From: Dipteris shenzhenensis
Taxonomy: Eukaryota
Direction: 5' to 3' (one strand)
NCBI GenBank assembly: GCA_047967505.1
Contig: CM106538.1
Length of the DNA: 64,000 nucleotides
Notes under the pieces: model-generated
Database searches by the model: none
Seen by the model: the letters and a program-made list of their open reading frames with translations, nothing else
Told to the model about the DNA's origin: nothing
Translations under genes and position numbers: made by a program
Shown: positions 51,819-64,000 of the stretch, one piece after another
Position numbering within the stretch: position 1 is the first letter of the stretch
How the letters are laid out: each line of letters begins with the position of its first letter

Positions 51819-54800
51819 ATGGCATCTTTTTTCAGGATTCAAGTGATTGACTATGATAATAAGGAAGAATTAGGTGTTGTTAGGGTGACAAGAGACACAG
51901 GTCATCCCACATTCTCTCATGTTCGTGAACAAATTGAAGGTGATAAGCTTCTATTGGAACCCTTTGAATTTGTTGAGGATGAATATACAATAACCAAACG
52001 GCAAGAGGAACGATGGACAATCAGTGATCAACTCTTAGTGCACATCAAGAGAAGTCTATGCCGCATAGAGGAAACTCCTTATCCATGTAAAAGACATTGC
52101 ACTCAACTACCTGATAACATAAATCTTGATGCCCAAGTGCACATGTCTTCAAAGCTTTCTAGTAGATTACTGAGCCCAAGTATTCTTGAACTTTGGCAAC
52201 GTGAATCTGATAGAGTTAGATCAAAGCTAAAGGAAATGGTAGTGTCAAGGGATGACAAGTTTGAGTTGCATTCTGAGGACTTCAATGGGGTGCCCCATGT
52301 GGGAATTTGATGTCACGAGTGTAATGAACTTTATGGTAAAGGATTTATAGAAGGCAAGCATGCAGCATACTATTGCTTCTCTAACTTCATGAGATTTCAC
52401 ATATTAGAAAGTAAAAAGCATGAGCTCAAGTATATGGTTGCTCGAGGACTACGAAAATAAGATATGCCCAAAGTAGTGCATCAACCGACAAAGGATGACA
52501 AAAGAGAGATAGAAGATGCAATAGAGAAGATGAAATCTTTTATGTCGACAAATGAAGGTATTATTTGTTCCTTTGTTCCTCAATTAGTATTTGCCATCTT
52601 CTTACATTAATTCTCTTACTCATCTCCTATAGTTTCAATAGGTTGGGATTTTGAGGTTGTTGAAGATACAATACATGATTTTAAGGACAAAAGCTTGGTG
52701 AAGGTGCAATGCAAATATGATGATGCATGGTTGCGTTTATGTCCTCCAAGATCAGATTTGTACATGGTTCTCAATGAACACACAAAGTCAAACTCTCATA
52801 TCAAGTCGCTCATGAGAAAAGATGAAAATCCAAAGGTAGCACTCACTGGCTTGCAAGGGCATCCTCGAAAGGATAAGGAGCATGATCCAAAGCAAAGATC
52901 TCTTAGCAACTTTTTGGTTTCAACAAAAACTAGAACCCAAGTACGAGTGCTTTCTCTGTTGATTCAAGTTTTAATAGAGAAAATTAATCTTCTTTTGTAA
53001 ATTTTGACTTGCTATGTTGGGGCCTTTCGAGCCATGAGGTCAAAGTAGGTAACAAGTATGTCAAGATAAAGCCTTTCTTAGATGATCAATGTGGTGGGAA
53101 GTATTGGTTTATAGAGCGTCATGTTAAGGCGACATCAAATAATGGATGTACTGATATTCATGTGGATGGATGCTTTCATCACATAAGTTGTATGTGCATT
53201 TCAAAAGATGGGCAACCATTTAAAGGATTTACATGCCACCATTGCAAGGGGATAGTTAAACTTGCTGACTTTAGAATGAGATTGTATAGAGAAGAGAAGG
53301 TTGAGAATAAGAGAGGAGATAAGGGTATCGGTTGTGGAGGAAGGCTAGATTATCTTACAAAGAGTGAGCTTAGAAATGCAACTCTTTTTGCTAAAAGTCG
53401 AGTAAGAGACCTTTCTAAGCAACTATGGTGGACAAAGTCTCAGGTTGCCATTGTTTCAGTAAGAGTCTGCACTTTAAGAGAAGCTAGCATACAGTCTCTC
53501 AATCAAAAGGATGTAAAACGATTTTGTAACAATATAATCGAAGCCCATAGATTGGAAAAGTTGGTGGTAAAGTTTCCTTATGGGACTTTCTACAAGATGT
53601 TGCCACAAACATAATCAAGTCAAGTGTTGGACAAAGATATAGTGAGAACACAAAGGCAATATTTGAGGTTGCAAGGATGTGGGGAGGTCTAAGGTTACAT
53701 GACTTCTTGAGTTCCAACCTCAATGGACCTTCTTTATCAATGACAAAGCGAGGGCAAAGACTTGCTACTCAGTTTGTACCTGGTATACATGGATATCTTT
53801 TTGATGCAATCACTGAAATTTATGAAAAACAAAAAGAAAAGTGTGGAATCATGTCAAGGATTCCCTTCATCATAGTGGAAGATGAAACTGCAATAAAGAA
53901 GCAGATAAGGTAACCTCCTTTTTCTCTAAATTATTTTCATAATCTAAATCTTGTTTTTGAATGCAAGAGGATTGCATATGATCTTACATACTTGTGCTTA
54001 TTATTGCTTGTAGGTGGAATCCAAAGGATGACATGCTTGTGGGTTTTGATGGATATAAAGTAGATGATCATGAGTGCATGACTACATGCATGATCAAAGT
54101 GGGAGAAGGACAAAAAGGATATGATCAGATTATTGATGCATTTCAAAATTGTGTCATTGGTGGACATGCAAGAGTTTTTCTTGCCAATCCATTGCATGAT
54201 GCACTCCCACGCTTGGTTCTTGCACTTCATTGCACTTGCGGCCAATTTGATGCAAGGTTTGTCTGCAAGCAATGGGATGCTATTTTAAACTTATGGAATG
54301 AGAAGCTAAAGACCGCGGTTGGTCCAATTATTGGACATGCATCTGATGGTGATAGTCGGCAAAGAACATTGATGATCTCCAAGTATCTAGATAAAAGAGG
54401 TAGTAGATTTGGGATAAAATGGGATGGATGGCCTCTCTCAGCAAAAGTTTTAGAAAATCAAGTTTTTGGGCTACATGATCAAGATTTTGTACATAATGGA
54501 AAAAAGTTAGTCAATGTCCTTGACAAGTCTAAGCATCAATTGGCTATTGGCAATGTCTGGATCACCTTAAATCATGTCATTATTGTGTATGATGCTTTTT
54601 CTATCGACAAGCATATGCTAAGGGAGGGAGACATTAGGCGAGATGACCGCCAAAATTGGGATGGATCTCAAAGAATATGCAGTAGACAAGTGCAATGGTG
54701 CTTGGGAGAATTGGCAAACAATGGAATTCATAGAAAAGAGAGGAGCATGCTAGGAACACAAGCTTATCTTGAAATTGCTGGAGACTACATTGACATCTTC

Positions 54801-55942
54801 TTATCTCCACATTTGAATCTTGTGGATTGAGTCTATCTTGCAGGCAAAGTATCTTTTTTCTTTCAAATTTGGAGGTCTTGGATTGTTCATCATGCCAACT
54901 ATATGTTGAATATAAACTTCATAACTAAGGAAGCTTTCTTAGATGTGCAACGCTCATGCCATTTTGTGGTCCTACTAATCAAGTACTTTAGAGAATTTTG
55001 TCCAGGCCTAAGGTGTCCTTTACATCTTATAGGTTTAGATGTAGTTGAAATCTTCTTCAGCAAGATTGGAAGCATGGTGGGACAATAACACACTTATGAC
55101 TTGATGGATATGCTACATAGTGCAGGTAGTATGAATAGGCTTGCACACTTTGAATGCAAAGAGGATAGTCCTCTATTTACAAGGGCACATAAGAAGCAAG
55201 AACATGTCTAGAGAGAATTGAATCTCAAAGAGAACATGCGAGAAGCTAATCTAGGGGACTATGAGTGTGTGTCAACTGATGATAAAATCATCAAAGCATT
55301 GAAGAAGGGACTAAAAAGTGCTCAAGAAAAGTGTGAAAGTTTGCATATGAAGCCAAAGGGTGAGAATATGAAGTGGTGGATGGAACCTTGGTCAAATGGA
55401 TTTACAGATGCATATTCACAAGAATCTGATTCTGAAGAAGAAGACCAATGTCAAGCAGATCATGTGTCAAAAATAGATGATAATGACAACGATGCCTCCA
55501 TAAGTAAAATTAGACATGTGGTGGATTCTCTCCTAGATGAACAAGAAGTAGTGAGCCCAGTTGTTACCATTGATGGTAAAACTCTCTTCAAGTCCACATT
55601 GGTAAGCCAACTTAATGGAAATCTTTGCAAAAAAAGAAAACACAAGCTATATGGTACCTTGGACGAGTTCAAAAAATGAGGAGAAAGATTGGTGGGGGGT
55701 ATGTGGAATATGAAAGAGGATTCAACCTTTCAGATAGACCTTTTGGGGTAGAAGTCCAGCTTGGGTGGTATCAAAAGGAAAAAGGTTCAAGATGCTTCAC
55801 ATATGACCTTGCAGACCTTAACATGATAAATATTGAGAGTGTAATTGCATTGGCAAACCTCACCTATGAGTGTAATAGCAATAAGTATACTTTAGATGAG
55901 AATGATTGGAATGTAGTCAATGACTTTGTAAACAGGCATTAA
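51819..55942 (+). pseudogene. P-like transposase, copy 2, multiple stops and frameshifts
   Basis: Near-identical fragments to 39852-44098; retains GHASDGDSR and the LATQFVPG...VEDETAIKK reading. Confidence 0.85.
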
Positions 55943-57161
55943 ACGCACTTGGTAGGGGCTTCTTTGTAATCTTTCTAATATGATAAAAGCTTTATTACGA
56001 TTATTACTATGCACCGAGTTTAGTTTGATTTGTCTTGATGGATTTTTTAAATTATTTTTTTGCAGGACCTTGAATCACAGAAGTGGATGATTTGCAACCG
56101 CATGGGTACTTTTGTTTATATATATGCCATAAAGCAAGTTTGAAAATGCTATTTTGGCATCGTGTACAACAAGATGCTGTATGAATGTAGCCTCTATGGT
56201 TTTAATACCATGGTTTGATATGACTTAGTAAGGGTTTTCATGGAAGAAAAAAAGTGGAAAGGTCTTCTATAAATGTGACAAAGAAGAATGATATTTCCAT
56301 CTTTTGCTTCTCTAACAATCAAGACATGGAAAAAGTGGCAAGGCCAATGGTGAATGTGGCCGAAAGCATGGTGTTTTAGTTTTTCTTCTCTACTCCTTCT
56401 CTAACAATAAAGACATGGAAGAAATTACTAAGTCTCAGATATACATTGTTTAAACAAGTTTCCAATCTTTCACATAAGAAAGCTCTAGATGTTTGTATTT
56501 GGCAAGAAATAAATATTATATATCATCATTGAATGCTTTGTAAAATTGGCTAATCTATCATCCCTTCTCCTAGCTAAAACACCCATACATATGGTTTTGT
56601 AGAAAATTGAAAGATATAAAGCATTTATAAAAGCTCCCAATCTTTCATGTAGTATTTTTATAAAGGTTGTTTCTTGAGCTCTTTATGTGTTTCAAGTGAC
56701 TTTGCACAATTCTTTGCTCTTGGTGTATGGCACACATGATTTGTCTTGTTTGATATTTGTTCCTCTTAATTTTTGCACATATGTCTTTATTCTTTGTTTC
56801 TCTTGCCTTATGGCATCATCAAGACACAAACCAATCTTAAACTTATGCATTGCCCATTATTGCAGTCGGTACCTCAATTTTTTGTGTGTAGATTCAAATA
56901 ATGTAGGTGATGTAATGATCTTGCATTCTAAATATGTCATCCTACCTAAAGGGACTCCAAAAGTAGTAGTGTACGACTCACATAAGGAATTTTAAAATTC
57001 CTCTAGGAAAATAAATATACTTACAGAAGGGGATTTATAAATTTTCCCAAAATTTACTGAGGGGATACTAGGAAATACTACAAATAGGTTACATAGGGAT
57101 TTAGAAAAGAACCCTTGAACGCACGTGATATAGACATCTTACACTAAGTGACCCCCCCGAG

Positions 57162-57842
57162 CATCCATATATGTGTGTGTTTGAGTATTATACATAACTA
57201 GGGTTAAGGTACAGTGTCCTTTAACCCCCACAACCTCCCACTTAAAGGCCAATGCACCTTTAAGGGAGAACAACCCATGGACATACTATCCAATGCCCAT
57301 CAATACATGACAATACTCAAATCACTGACTAGGTAGACTCTTCGTTAGCATATCCATAGGATTATCTATATGAAGCTTGACAAGCTCTATGCGCTTGTCC
57401 ACAAGTACCTCCCTGATGAAATGGTACCTGAACTCAATGTATTTTGTCTTTTCATGGAAGACCAGATTCCATGCTAGCTGAATAGCACTCATGGAATCAA
57501 TATGCAATGTTGGTACACCTGTATGAATCCCCAAATCTCCCACTAGCCGATCAAGCTATATAGCCTCCTTGCAGCCCTCTATGGAACAACATACTCGGCT
57601 TTTGTGGTAGACAAAGAAACACACTTCTGTATGTGAGACATTCACAACACTGCACCACCTACAAAGGTGAACGCATAACCAGAAGTGGATCTCCTACCAT
57701 CCACATGCCATGCATAGTCTGAATCTATGTACCCAAGTACACGCATCTCTCCTCTGCCAAAGTAGATACACATCTCCTTGGTACCATTCATGTACCTCCC
57801 AATTCTTATTTCCTAGATTAGCCATATACCGACTAACAACTT
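57162..57842 (-). mobile_element. Old Copia 3' fragment (partial LTR, PPT, RNase H and RT end)
   Basis: ORF 57322-57543 DSMSAIQLA..VFHEKTKYIEFRYHFIRE..DMLTKSLP; PPT revcomp ACCTCCCACTT at about 57233. Confidence 0.75.
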
Positions 57843-58376
57843 TGACAAAATATGAAGAGGGGAGAGGAGAAGAGTGGAGATGAGGAGAGAGGGCACAGCT
57901 AGAGAGCACACCACAAATTACTAACTATACACTAGATTTAGTTGAAAATGTAGAATATATACAAACCCATTTAGGTTTAGGGTTAGGGCATCTAACCCTT
58001 TCCTTTATAGCACTCTATTGGGTTAGTGCTATGCACATATGACCACATGATGGTGCTATGCACATATGATCACATGATGTTGAGCGTGGTCTCTCAACAC
58101 CTTCCTTCAAGATCAACATCATGAAGTAGGCCTTCCCTCAAGGTGATGATTAAGGGGAATCAAAGAAGTACTAAGCATTACATTCCATCACACCCCTTTA
58201 ATGGGAATGTTCTTCCTCTGCGTCACTAGTCTGTTTCTTGAAAATATCTTTATCGAGTGGTTTTGTAAAGATGTCTACAACATTCTCTTTGCTATCACAA
58301 TGCTGCAATGTGATGTCACCAAGTTAGACTCTTTCTCTAATGAAGTGCTATCTGACATCAACGTGCTTTGTCCTAG
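57843..58376 (-). mobile_element. Truncated Copia-2-family copy: 3' LTR (57843-58099), PPT and decayed RNase H end
   Basis: Diverged match to 25392-25936. Confidence 0.88.
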
Positions 58377-58411
58377 AATCTGAAATACTGATAGATAGCC
58401 ACTACATAACT

Positions 58412-61318
58412 TGTTGAGATATCGAGCTCCACTCGCGATATGCCAGGGTGACTGTTATGGATTTATGTCACCGACTTGTTAGCTGGAGATGCGGTTGGTA
58501 TATCGCCCACGAATAATAGCTGGATGACAGCTATCCTTATCTACTCTAGTTTGTGGCTCAGTTAGTATGCCACCTTAGTTAGTTGAGTTTGGTTTAAGAC
58601 CCACATATAGGGTTCTTCTATTTCTTTGTATTTGAGTTCTTTTGGCTTACACAACTAAGAAGAGGAAAACTGTTTTCAGCCTCCACCTTTGTGTGTATTC
58701 CCCCATTGTGCATGTGAGAAAGCTGCAAGTGAGACTCCTTCCCTCTCTCCCACAATCTTCACATGGTATCAGAGCCTTGTTCGTGGTAAGGAGCTCAAGA
58801 AAGCAAGCCAAGTTCGTGGTGTTCTGGTAAGAGGACCAGTGTTGCTTTCCTATTTCGAGTCATGTTAATATACAGCGACTTAAATCAATGCAAGCCCAAA
58901 ATATTGTTGCAGGATTGCCAAAATTCAAGGTTGTAGAAATGCACAAGATTTGTGAAGCCTGTCAATTTGGGAAACAGGCAAGGAAACCTTTTCCTAGGCA
59001 TGTTCAGAAGAGTAAAAAGCCATTGGAATTAATCCACTCTGATGTGTGGACTACAAAAGCTGCATCTATTGGAGGCTGTCACTATTTTGTCACATTTATT
59101 GATGACTTCAGCAGAAAACTATGGGTGTATTTTATGAAAAAGAAAAGTGAAGTGTTTGGGCACTTCAAAGCTTTCAAAGCTATGGTTAAAAAAGAAACAG
59201 GCCTGCAAATAAAATGCCTAAGGTCAGATGGAGGGGGAGAGTACCTCTCAAATGAGTTTGCAAGGTTCTTGCAGGAGCATGGTATAAAGCAGCAATATTC
59301 ATGCAGTCATACCCCATAGCAAAATGGAATTGCAGAAAGAAAAAACAGGCATATTGGAGAGGTATCTCGGGCTATGCTAAATGAAAAAGATCTACCAGAT
59401 TATTATTGGGCTGAAGCAGTTGCTACAGTAGTCTATATAATGAACATGACTCCCACTGCAGCAATACATGGCATGATGCCAGAGGAGATGTATACTGGTA
59501 GGAAATCAGATATTTCTCATTTGAAGATTTTTGGTTGCATTGCCTATGTCCATGTGCCAGATGAGTTGAGGTCCAAGTTGGATCCAAAAGCTGAGAAGTG
59601 CGTCTTTATTGGTTATTCTCTGCAGCAGAAAGGGTATAGATGCTATAACCCTTCTACACGTAAGTTCACAGTGAGCAGAGATGTTGTTTTTGATGAGATG
59701 AGCAGCTGGTATAAACCAATAAATGTGATGATTGATGTAGATGCACAAAATGGTAATGCTGCACAGAATGCACAAATAGCAGCAATCACAAAATATCAGT
59801 GGACCTGGAGTGTCCTCTACCAGTGGTTCACATACTTCACCATGGACAGGCAGATTGAGATCAGGAGAATCCCCTCAAAGCAATGCAGAGAGTGGTACAC
59901 GCAGGTATCACGAAAAGGAAAAGAGAAGGTAGATCAGCCCATGTATGATGTGAATGCAGGTCACTCTTGTGTAGATGGTGAATCCAGTGGCTCAGAATAG
60001 AGCAGTGATGATGAGTTGGGTATTCCTTCTATTGTTACACCTGGAGTAAGGAAGACCAGGGATGTTTTGAGAGCACCTGGAAGTGAGCCTATTTTGCGCA
60101 GGTCTACCAGGGTTAGGTATCCTGTGGATAGGCTGAAATATGATGGATTTACAGCCATTCACTATGCCTATATGGTCAAAGTGATACAGGAACCAGAGCC
60201 CACTTCTTTTGAGCAAGCCATGGGAAATGAAAAATGGGAGAAAGCCATGGATGAAGAAATGGATGCCTTGGATGCTAATGCTACATGGGAATTGGTGCCT
60301 TTGCCTAAAGGCAAGAATGCAATTGGCTGTAAGTGGGTTTATAAGATCAAGCACAATGCAGATGGTTCTGTGAATAGATACAAGGCAAGATTAGTCATCA
60401 AGGGGTATGCACAGACATATGGCATTGATTATGAAGAAACTTTCAGCCCGGTTGCAAGGATGGCAACCGTAAGAGCAGTCATTGCTATGGCTGCATCAAA
60501 GGGATGGTCTTTACATCAGATGGATGTAAAGAATGCCTTCTTGCATGGTGATTTGCAAGAAGAGGTCTTTATGGAGCAGCCAGCAGGTTATGTTCATGCT
60601 ACTCATCCTGAGTTTGCAGGTTGAAGAAAGCCTTGTATGGCTTGAAGCAAGCACCTAGAGCATTGTCTAACAAGATAGGACAGTATCTTGTCACTATTGG
60701 CTTTCAGATTTCCAAGGCAGATTTCTCACTCTATGTGAGAAAAACAGAGAAAGGGATTATGCTGCTGGTCATTTATGTTGATGATTTGATCATCACAAGT
60801 GATAGTTATGAAGATATCCTTCATGTGAAAATGCTATTGAGGCAGAAGTTTGAGATGAAGGATTTGGGAGAGCTGCGTTATTTCTTGGGCATTGAGGTGA
60901 TTAGATCACCAAGTGGGATACAGCTCTTGCAGAGGCAGTATGGATTGGACATGCTGTCCAAATATGGGATGACAGGCTGTAAGCCTATTTCAGTTCCTTT
61001 GGAGCAGAATGTGAAGCTGAGCACAGATGCAGGTGAGCTTCTGGAGGACCCTACTATGTACAGACGCATAGTAGGAAGTTTGATTTACATGACTATTACC
61101 AGGCCAAATTTGAGCTATGCTGTTGGGTTGGTAAGTCAGTTTATGCAGGAAACCGCATTTGGATGCGGCTAGACGCATACTCAGGTATGTGAAGTCCACA
61201 TTGCAGTATGAGCTATTTTATGAGGCTGGGGTTCAGATATAGTTGCATGGATACACTGATGCTGATTGGGCTGGTAGTATTTCTGATAGACGATCTACCA
61301 GTGGATATGTGTTCTCTT
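58412..61318 (+). mobile_element. Copia-3 (Copia-1 family): 5' LTR, PBS, gag and protease deleted, interrupted by Copia-4
   Basis: LTR 58412-58763 is the reverse complement of the Copia-1 LTR; PBS TGGTATCAGAGC 58764-58775; leader fused to the pre-integrase region at 58860/58861. Confidence 0.92.
58888..61318 (+). pseudogene. pol: Copia-3 integrase and RT, disrupted
   Basis: Four ORF fragments nearly identical to Copia-1 pol. Confidence 0.93.
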
Positions 61319-64000
61319 TGTAAAGAATAAGGGAGAGAGATAGGAGACTCAAGTTCAGCTTTCTTCACAACACACAAAAGAGAGAGGACACAAGGTTGGA
61401 GGGTGAAGCCTTTCTTCACTTTTGCACACGACAACAATACAATAGAAGAGGGAAATACCCTATATGTCAAACCCTAGAATACGTGGTTCATATGTGAACC
61501 CAAACCAAAAACATACGTGGTAGTCTAACTACACCACGAGTACAACTAACATAGGCGGTGACATAAATGATAGTCATCCAGGAGATATATCGGGGGTAGA
61601 GCTTGATATCTCAACACTCCCCCTCAAGCTCAAATCCATCTCACGTACACCAAGCAAGCTCCTAAATCTGCGAAGCTTCTCGGTACCCAATGCCTTCGTA
61701 AAAATATCAGCCACCTGCTCCTCAGTGCTGACATAGACAAGATCAATCTCACCAGCTAGAACCTTCTCTCTCACAAAGTGATAATGCACCTCAATGTGCT
61801 TTGTTCTAGCATGATAAACTGGGTTATTAGCAAGCATGATGCTGCTAATGTTGTCACAATGAATGACAACTGCTGCATGAATTGACTGTCCCATATCTAC
61901 AAGTAGCTTCCGTAACCAAGCTACCTCACATGCAGCCATTGCTGCACCCCTGTACTCAGCCTCTGTGCTCGACAAGGCAACTGTTGGCTGCTTCTTGCTG
62001 CTCCAACTGATGGCACCACTCCCAAGGGAAAACATAAAACCACTAGTAGATCTCCTGTCTGAGACACTACCAGCCCAGTCAGCATCTGTGTATCCATGTA
62101 CCTGTAATGCACACCCAGCTTCATAAAACAGTCCATAATGCAATGTGGACTTCACATACCGCAGTATGCGCCTAGCCGCATCCAAATGTGGCTTCCTCGG
62201 TGCCTGCATAAACTGACTCACCAGCCCCACAGCATAGCTCAAATCTGGTCTGGTTATAGTCATGTAAATCAAGCTACCTACTATCCGCCTGTACATAGTA
62301 ATATCTTCAAGAAGCTCACCTGTCTCTGCATTGAGCTTCACATTCTGCTCCAATGGAACAGAAATAGGCTTACAGCCTGTCATCCCATATTTGGACAGCA
62401 TGTCCAAACCGTATTGCCTTTGCAACAGCCATATCCCACTCGGGGATCTAATAACCTCAATGCCCAAGAAGTAACGCAGCTCTCCCAAATCCTTCATCTC
62501 AAGTTTCTGCTTCAATAGCAGCTTCACTTCATTAATGTCTTCATCACTATCACCTGTAATAATCAAGTCATCAACATAGATGACTATAAGCACAATCCCT
62601 CTGTTTGTCCTTTTCACATAAAGTGAAAAATCTGAATTGGAAATCTGAAATCCAATTGTGACAAGATATTGCCCTATCTTGTCTGACCATGCCCTCGGCG
62701 CCTGTTTTAAGCCATACAAGGCTTTGCGCAACCTGCATACAAAATCGGGGTGTGAATTATCCTCATAACCTTCTGGCTGCATCATATAAACCTCTTCTTG
62801 CAAATCACCATGCAAGAAGGCATTTTTCACATCCATCTGATGCAAAGACCATCCCTTTGCAGCAGCCATAGCAATTACTGCTCTCACGGTTGCCATCCTT
62901 GCAACTGGGCTGAAAGTTTCCTCATAGTCAATTCCATATGTCTGCGCAAAACCTTTGGCAACCAATCTTGCCTTGTACCTGCTAACAGACCCATCAGCAT
63001 TGTGCTTTACTTTGTAAACCCACTTGCAGCTAATAGCCTTCTTATCATGAGGCAAAGGCATCAAATCCCAAGTGTGGTTTGCATCCAAGGCAGCCATCTC
63101 TTCATCCATAGCTGCTTCCCAATTTTTATGCCCTACTGCATCCTCAAAACATGTGGGCTCTGGCTCCTCTAGAACCTTGACCATATAAGCATAGTGATGT
63201 GCTGTATACCCATCATATCTCAGCCTGTCAACTGGATACTTAATACGAGTGGACCTCCGTACAACTGGATCAGTTGCAGGAGTCTTTAAATCATGCCTGC
63301 TTTTCCTTGCACCAGGTGTAACAACAGAAGGAATCCCAAGTTCCTCATCAAGGCTCATTTCAGAGCCACTTGACTCTCCATCAACATGAGAGCTACCAGC
63401 AGACACATCAAACACTGGAGCATGGTCTACTTTTTCTTTTCCCTTATGTGATACCTGCACAACACTATCAGGGCTGCCATGTGACGATTCACTAGATCTC
63501 AATCTCCCTGTCCATGCATTAGATCCACTAGTAGAGGACTCTCTAGGTCCACTCAAGGCTTGAGATTGCTGCTCTGCATTTATTGCAGCATTCCCATTTC
63601 CTGCATCTGCATCTCCTACCATAACAGTTGGTGCATACCAGCTGCTCATTTCATCAAAAACAACATCTCTGCTCACTTGCGTTTTGCGGGTGGAAGGGTT
63701 ATAACAGCGATACCCTTTCTGGTGCTGAGCATATCCAATAAAGATGCATTTTTCTGCCTTTGGATCCAGCTTTGTTCTCTTCTCATCAGGAACATGAACA
63801 TAAGCTATGCAACCAAATACCTTCAAGTGAGAAATATCTGGTTTTTGGCCTGTATACATTTCTTCAGGCGTCATGCCATGGACAGCTGCAATGGGGGTTC
63901 TGTTCTCATAATATAAACAGCAGTTGCTACTGCTTCAGCCCAAAAATAATCAGGCATGTTTTTCTCATTTAGGATCGCCCGTCCTACTTCTGCAATATGC
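61319..64000 (-). mobile_element. Copia-4 (relative of Copia-1): 3' LTR 61319-61616, continues beyond the window
   Basis: TG...CA LTR breaks the Copia-3 RT/RH sequence after CTCTT (predicted TSD, 61314-61318); PPT revcomp CTCCCCCTC from 61617. Confidence 0.9.
61574..63874 (-). CDS. pol: Copia-4 pol (integrase C-terminus, RT, RNase H), 766-aa open frame; 2-bp frameshift just upstream at about 63907
   Basis: RTKLDPKA, CKWVYK, YVDD, DADWAG, RTKHIEVHYHFVRE, ADIFTK. Confidence 0.93.
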   Translation of the reverse strand: MTPEEMYTGQKPDISHLKVFGCIAYVHVPDEKRTKLDPKAEKCIFIGYAQHQKGYRCYNPSTRKTQVSRDVVFDEMSSWYAPTVMVGDADAGNGNAAINAEQQSQALSGPRESSTSGSNAWTGRLRSSESSHGSPDSVVQVSHKGKEKVDHAPVFDVSAGSSHVDGESSGSEMSLDEELGIPSVVTPGARKSRHDLKTPATDPVVRRSTRIKYPVDRLRYDGYTAHHYAYMVKVLEEPEPTCFEDAVGHKNWEAAMDEEMAALDANHTWDLMPLPHDKKAISCKWVYKVKHNADGSVSRYKARLVAKGFAQTYGIDYEETFSPVARMATVRAVIAMAAAKGWSLHQMDVKNAFLHGDLQEEVYMMQPEGYEDNSHPDFVCRLRKALYGLKQAPRAWSDKIGQYLVTIGFQISNSDFSLYVKRTNRGIVLIVIYVDDLIITGDSDEDINEVKLLLKQKLEMKDLGELRYFLGIEVIRSPSGIWLLQRQYGLDMLSKYGMTGCKPISVPLEQNVKLNAETGELLEDITMYRRIVGSLIYMTITRPDLSYAVGLVSQFMQAPRKPHLDAARRILRYVKSTLHYGLFYEAGCALQVHGYTDADWAGSVSDRRSTSGFMFSLGSGAISWSSKKQPTVALSSTEAEYRGAAMAACEVAWLRKLLVDMGQSIHAAVVIHCDNISSIMLANNPVYHARTKHIEVHYHFVREKVLAGEIDLVYVSTEEQVADIFTKALGTEKLRRFRSLLGVREMDLSLRGSVEISSSTPDISPG

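Larger units (their letters stand above)
51199..57161 (+). mobile_element. Second, 5'-truncated copy (P-2) of the kinase-carrying P-like transposon
   Basis: Colinear with 39233-44586: kinase 3' end, spacer, transposase, and right terminus TTGAACGCACGTGATA...AGTGACCCCCCCGAG ending at 57161. No left terminus found in the window. Confidence 0.9.

Overview
Repeat-only plant DNA, probably from a fern or other non-seed plant (inferred from the Copia and transposase types; not checked). No ordinary host gene is visible; the window is a stack of nested transposons. (1) A 12.7 kb CACTA element (1430-14142, AAG TSD) with divergent TnpD-like and TnpA-like genes and a 4.6 kb palindromic satellite. (2) A 2.2 kb non-autonomous LTR element. 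(3) Copia-1 (20811-47872, CTTTT TSD), split by the most interesting object here. (4) That object is a 21.6 kb DNA transposon (23028-44586) with CTC...GAG termini and an exact 8-bp TSD (TCTCAATC). It encodes an intron-containing P-element-like DDE transposase with no visible THAP domain, plus an upstream atypical protein kinase. It also holds a nested Copia-2 (25392-32846) and a 247-bp MITE of its own family (35587-35833, 8-bp TSD). (5) A second, 5'-truncated copy of this element (about 51199-57161) that keeps the kinase tail. (6) More nested Copia copies and fragments up to the window end. Almost all reading frames carry stops or frameshifts. All alignments and counts were done by eye and no database search was run.
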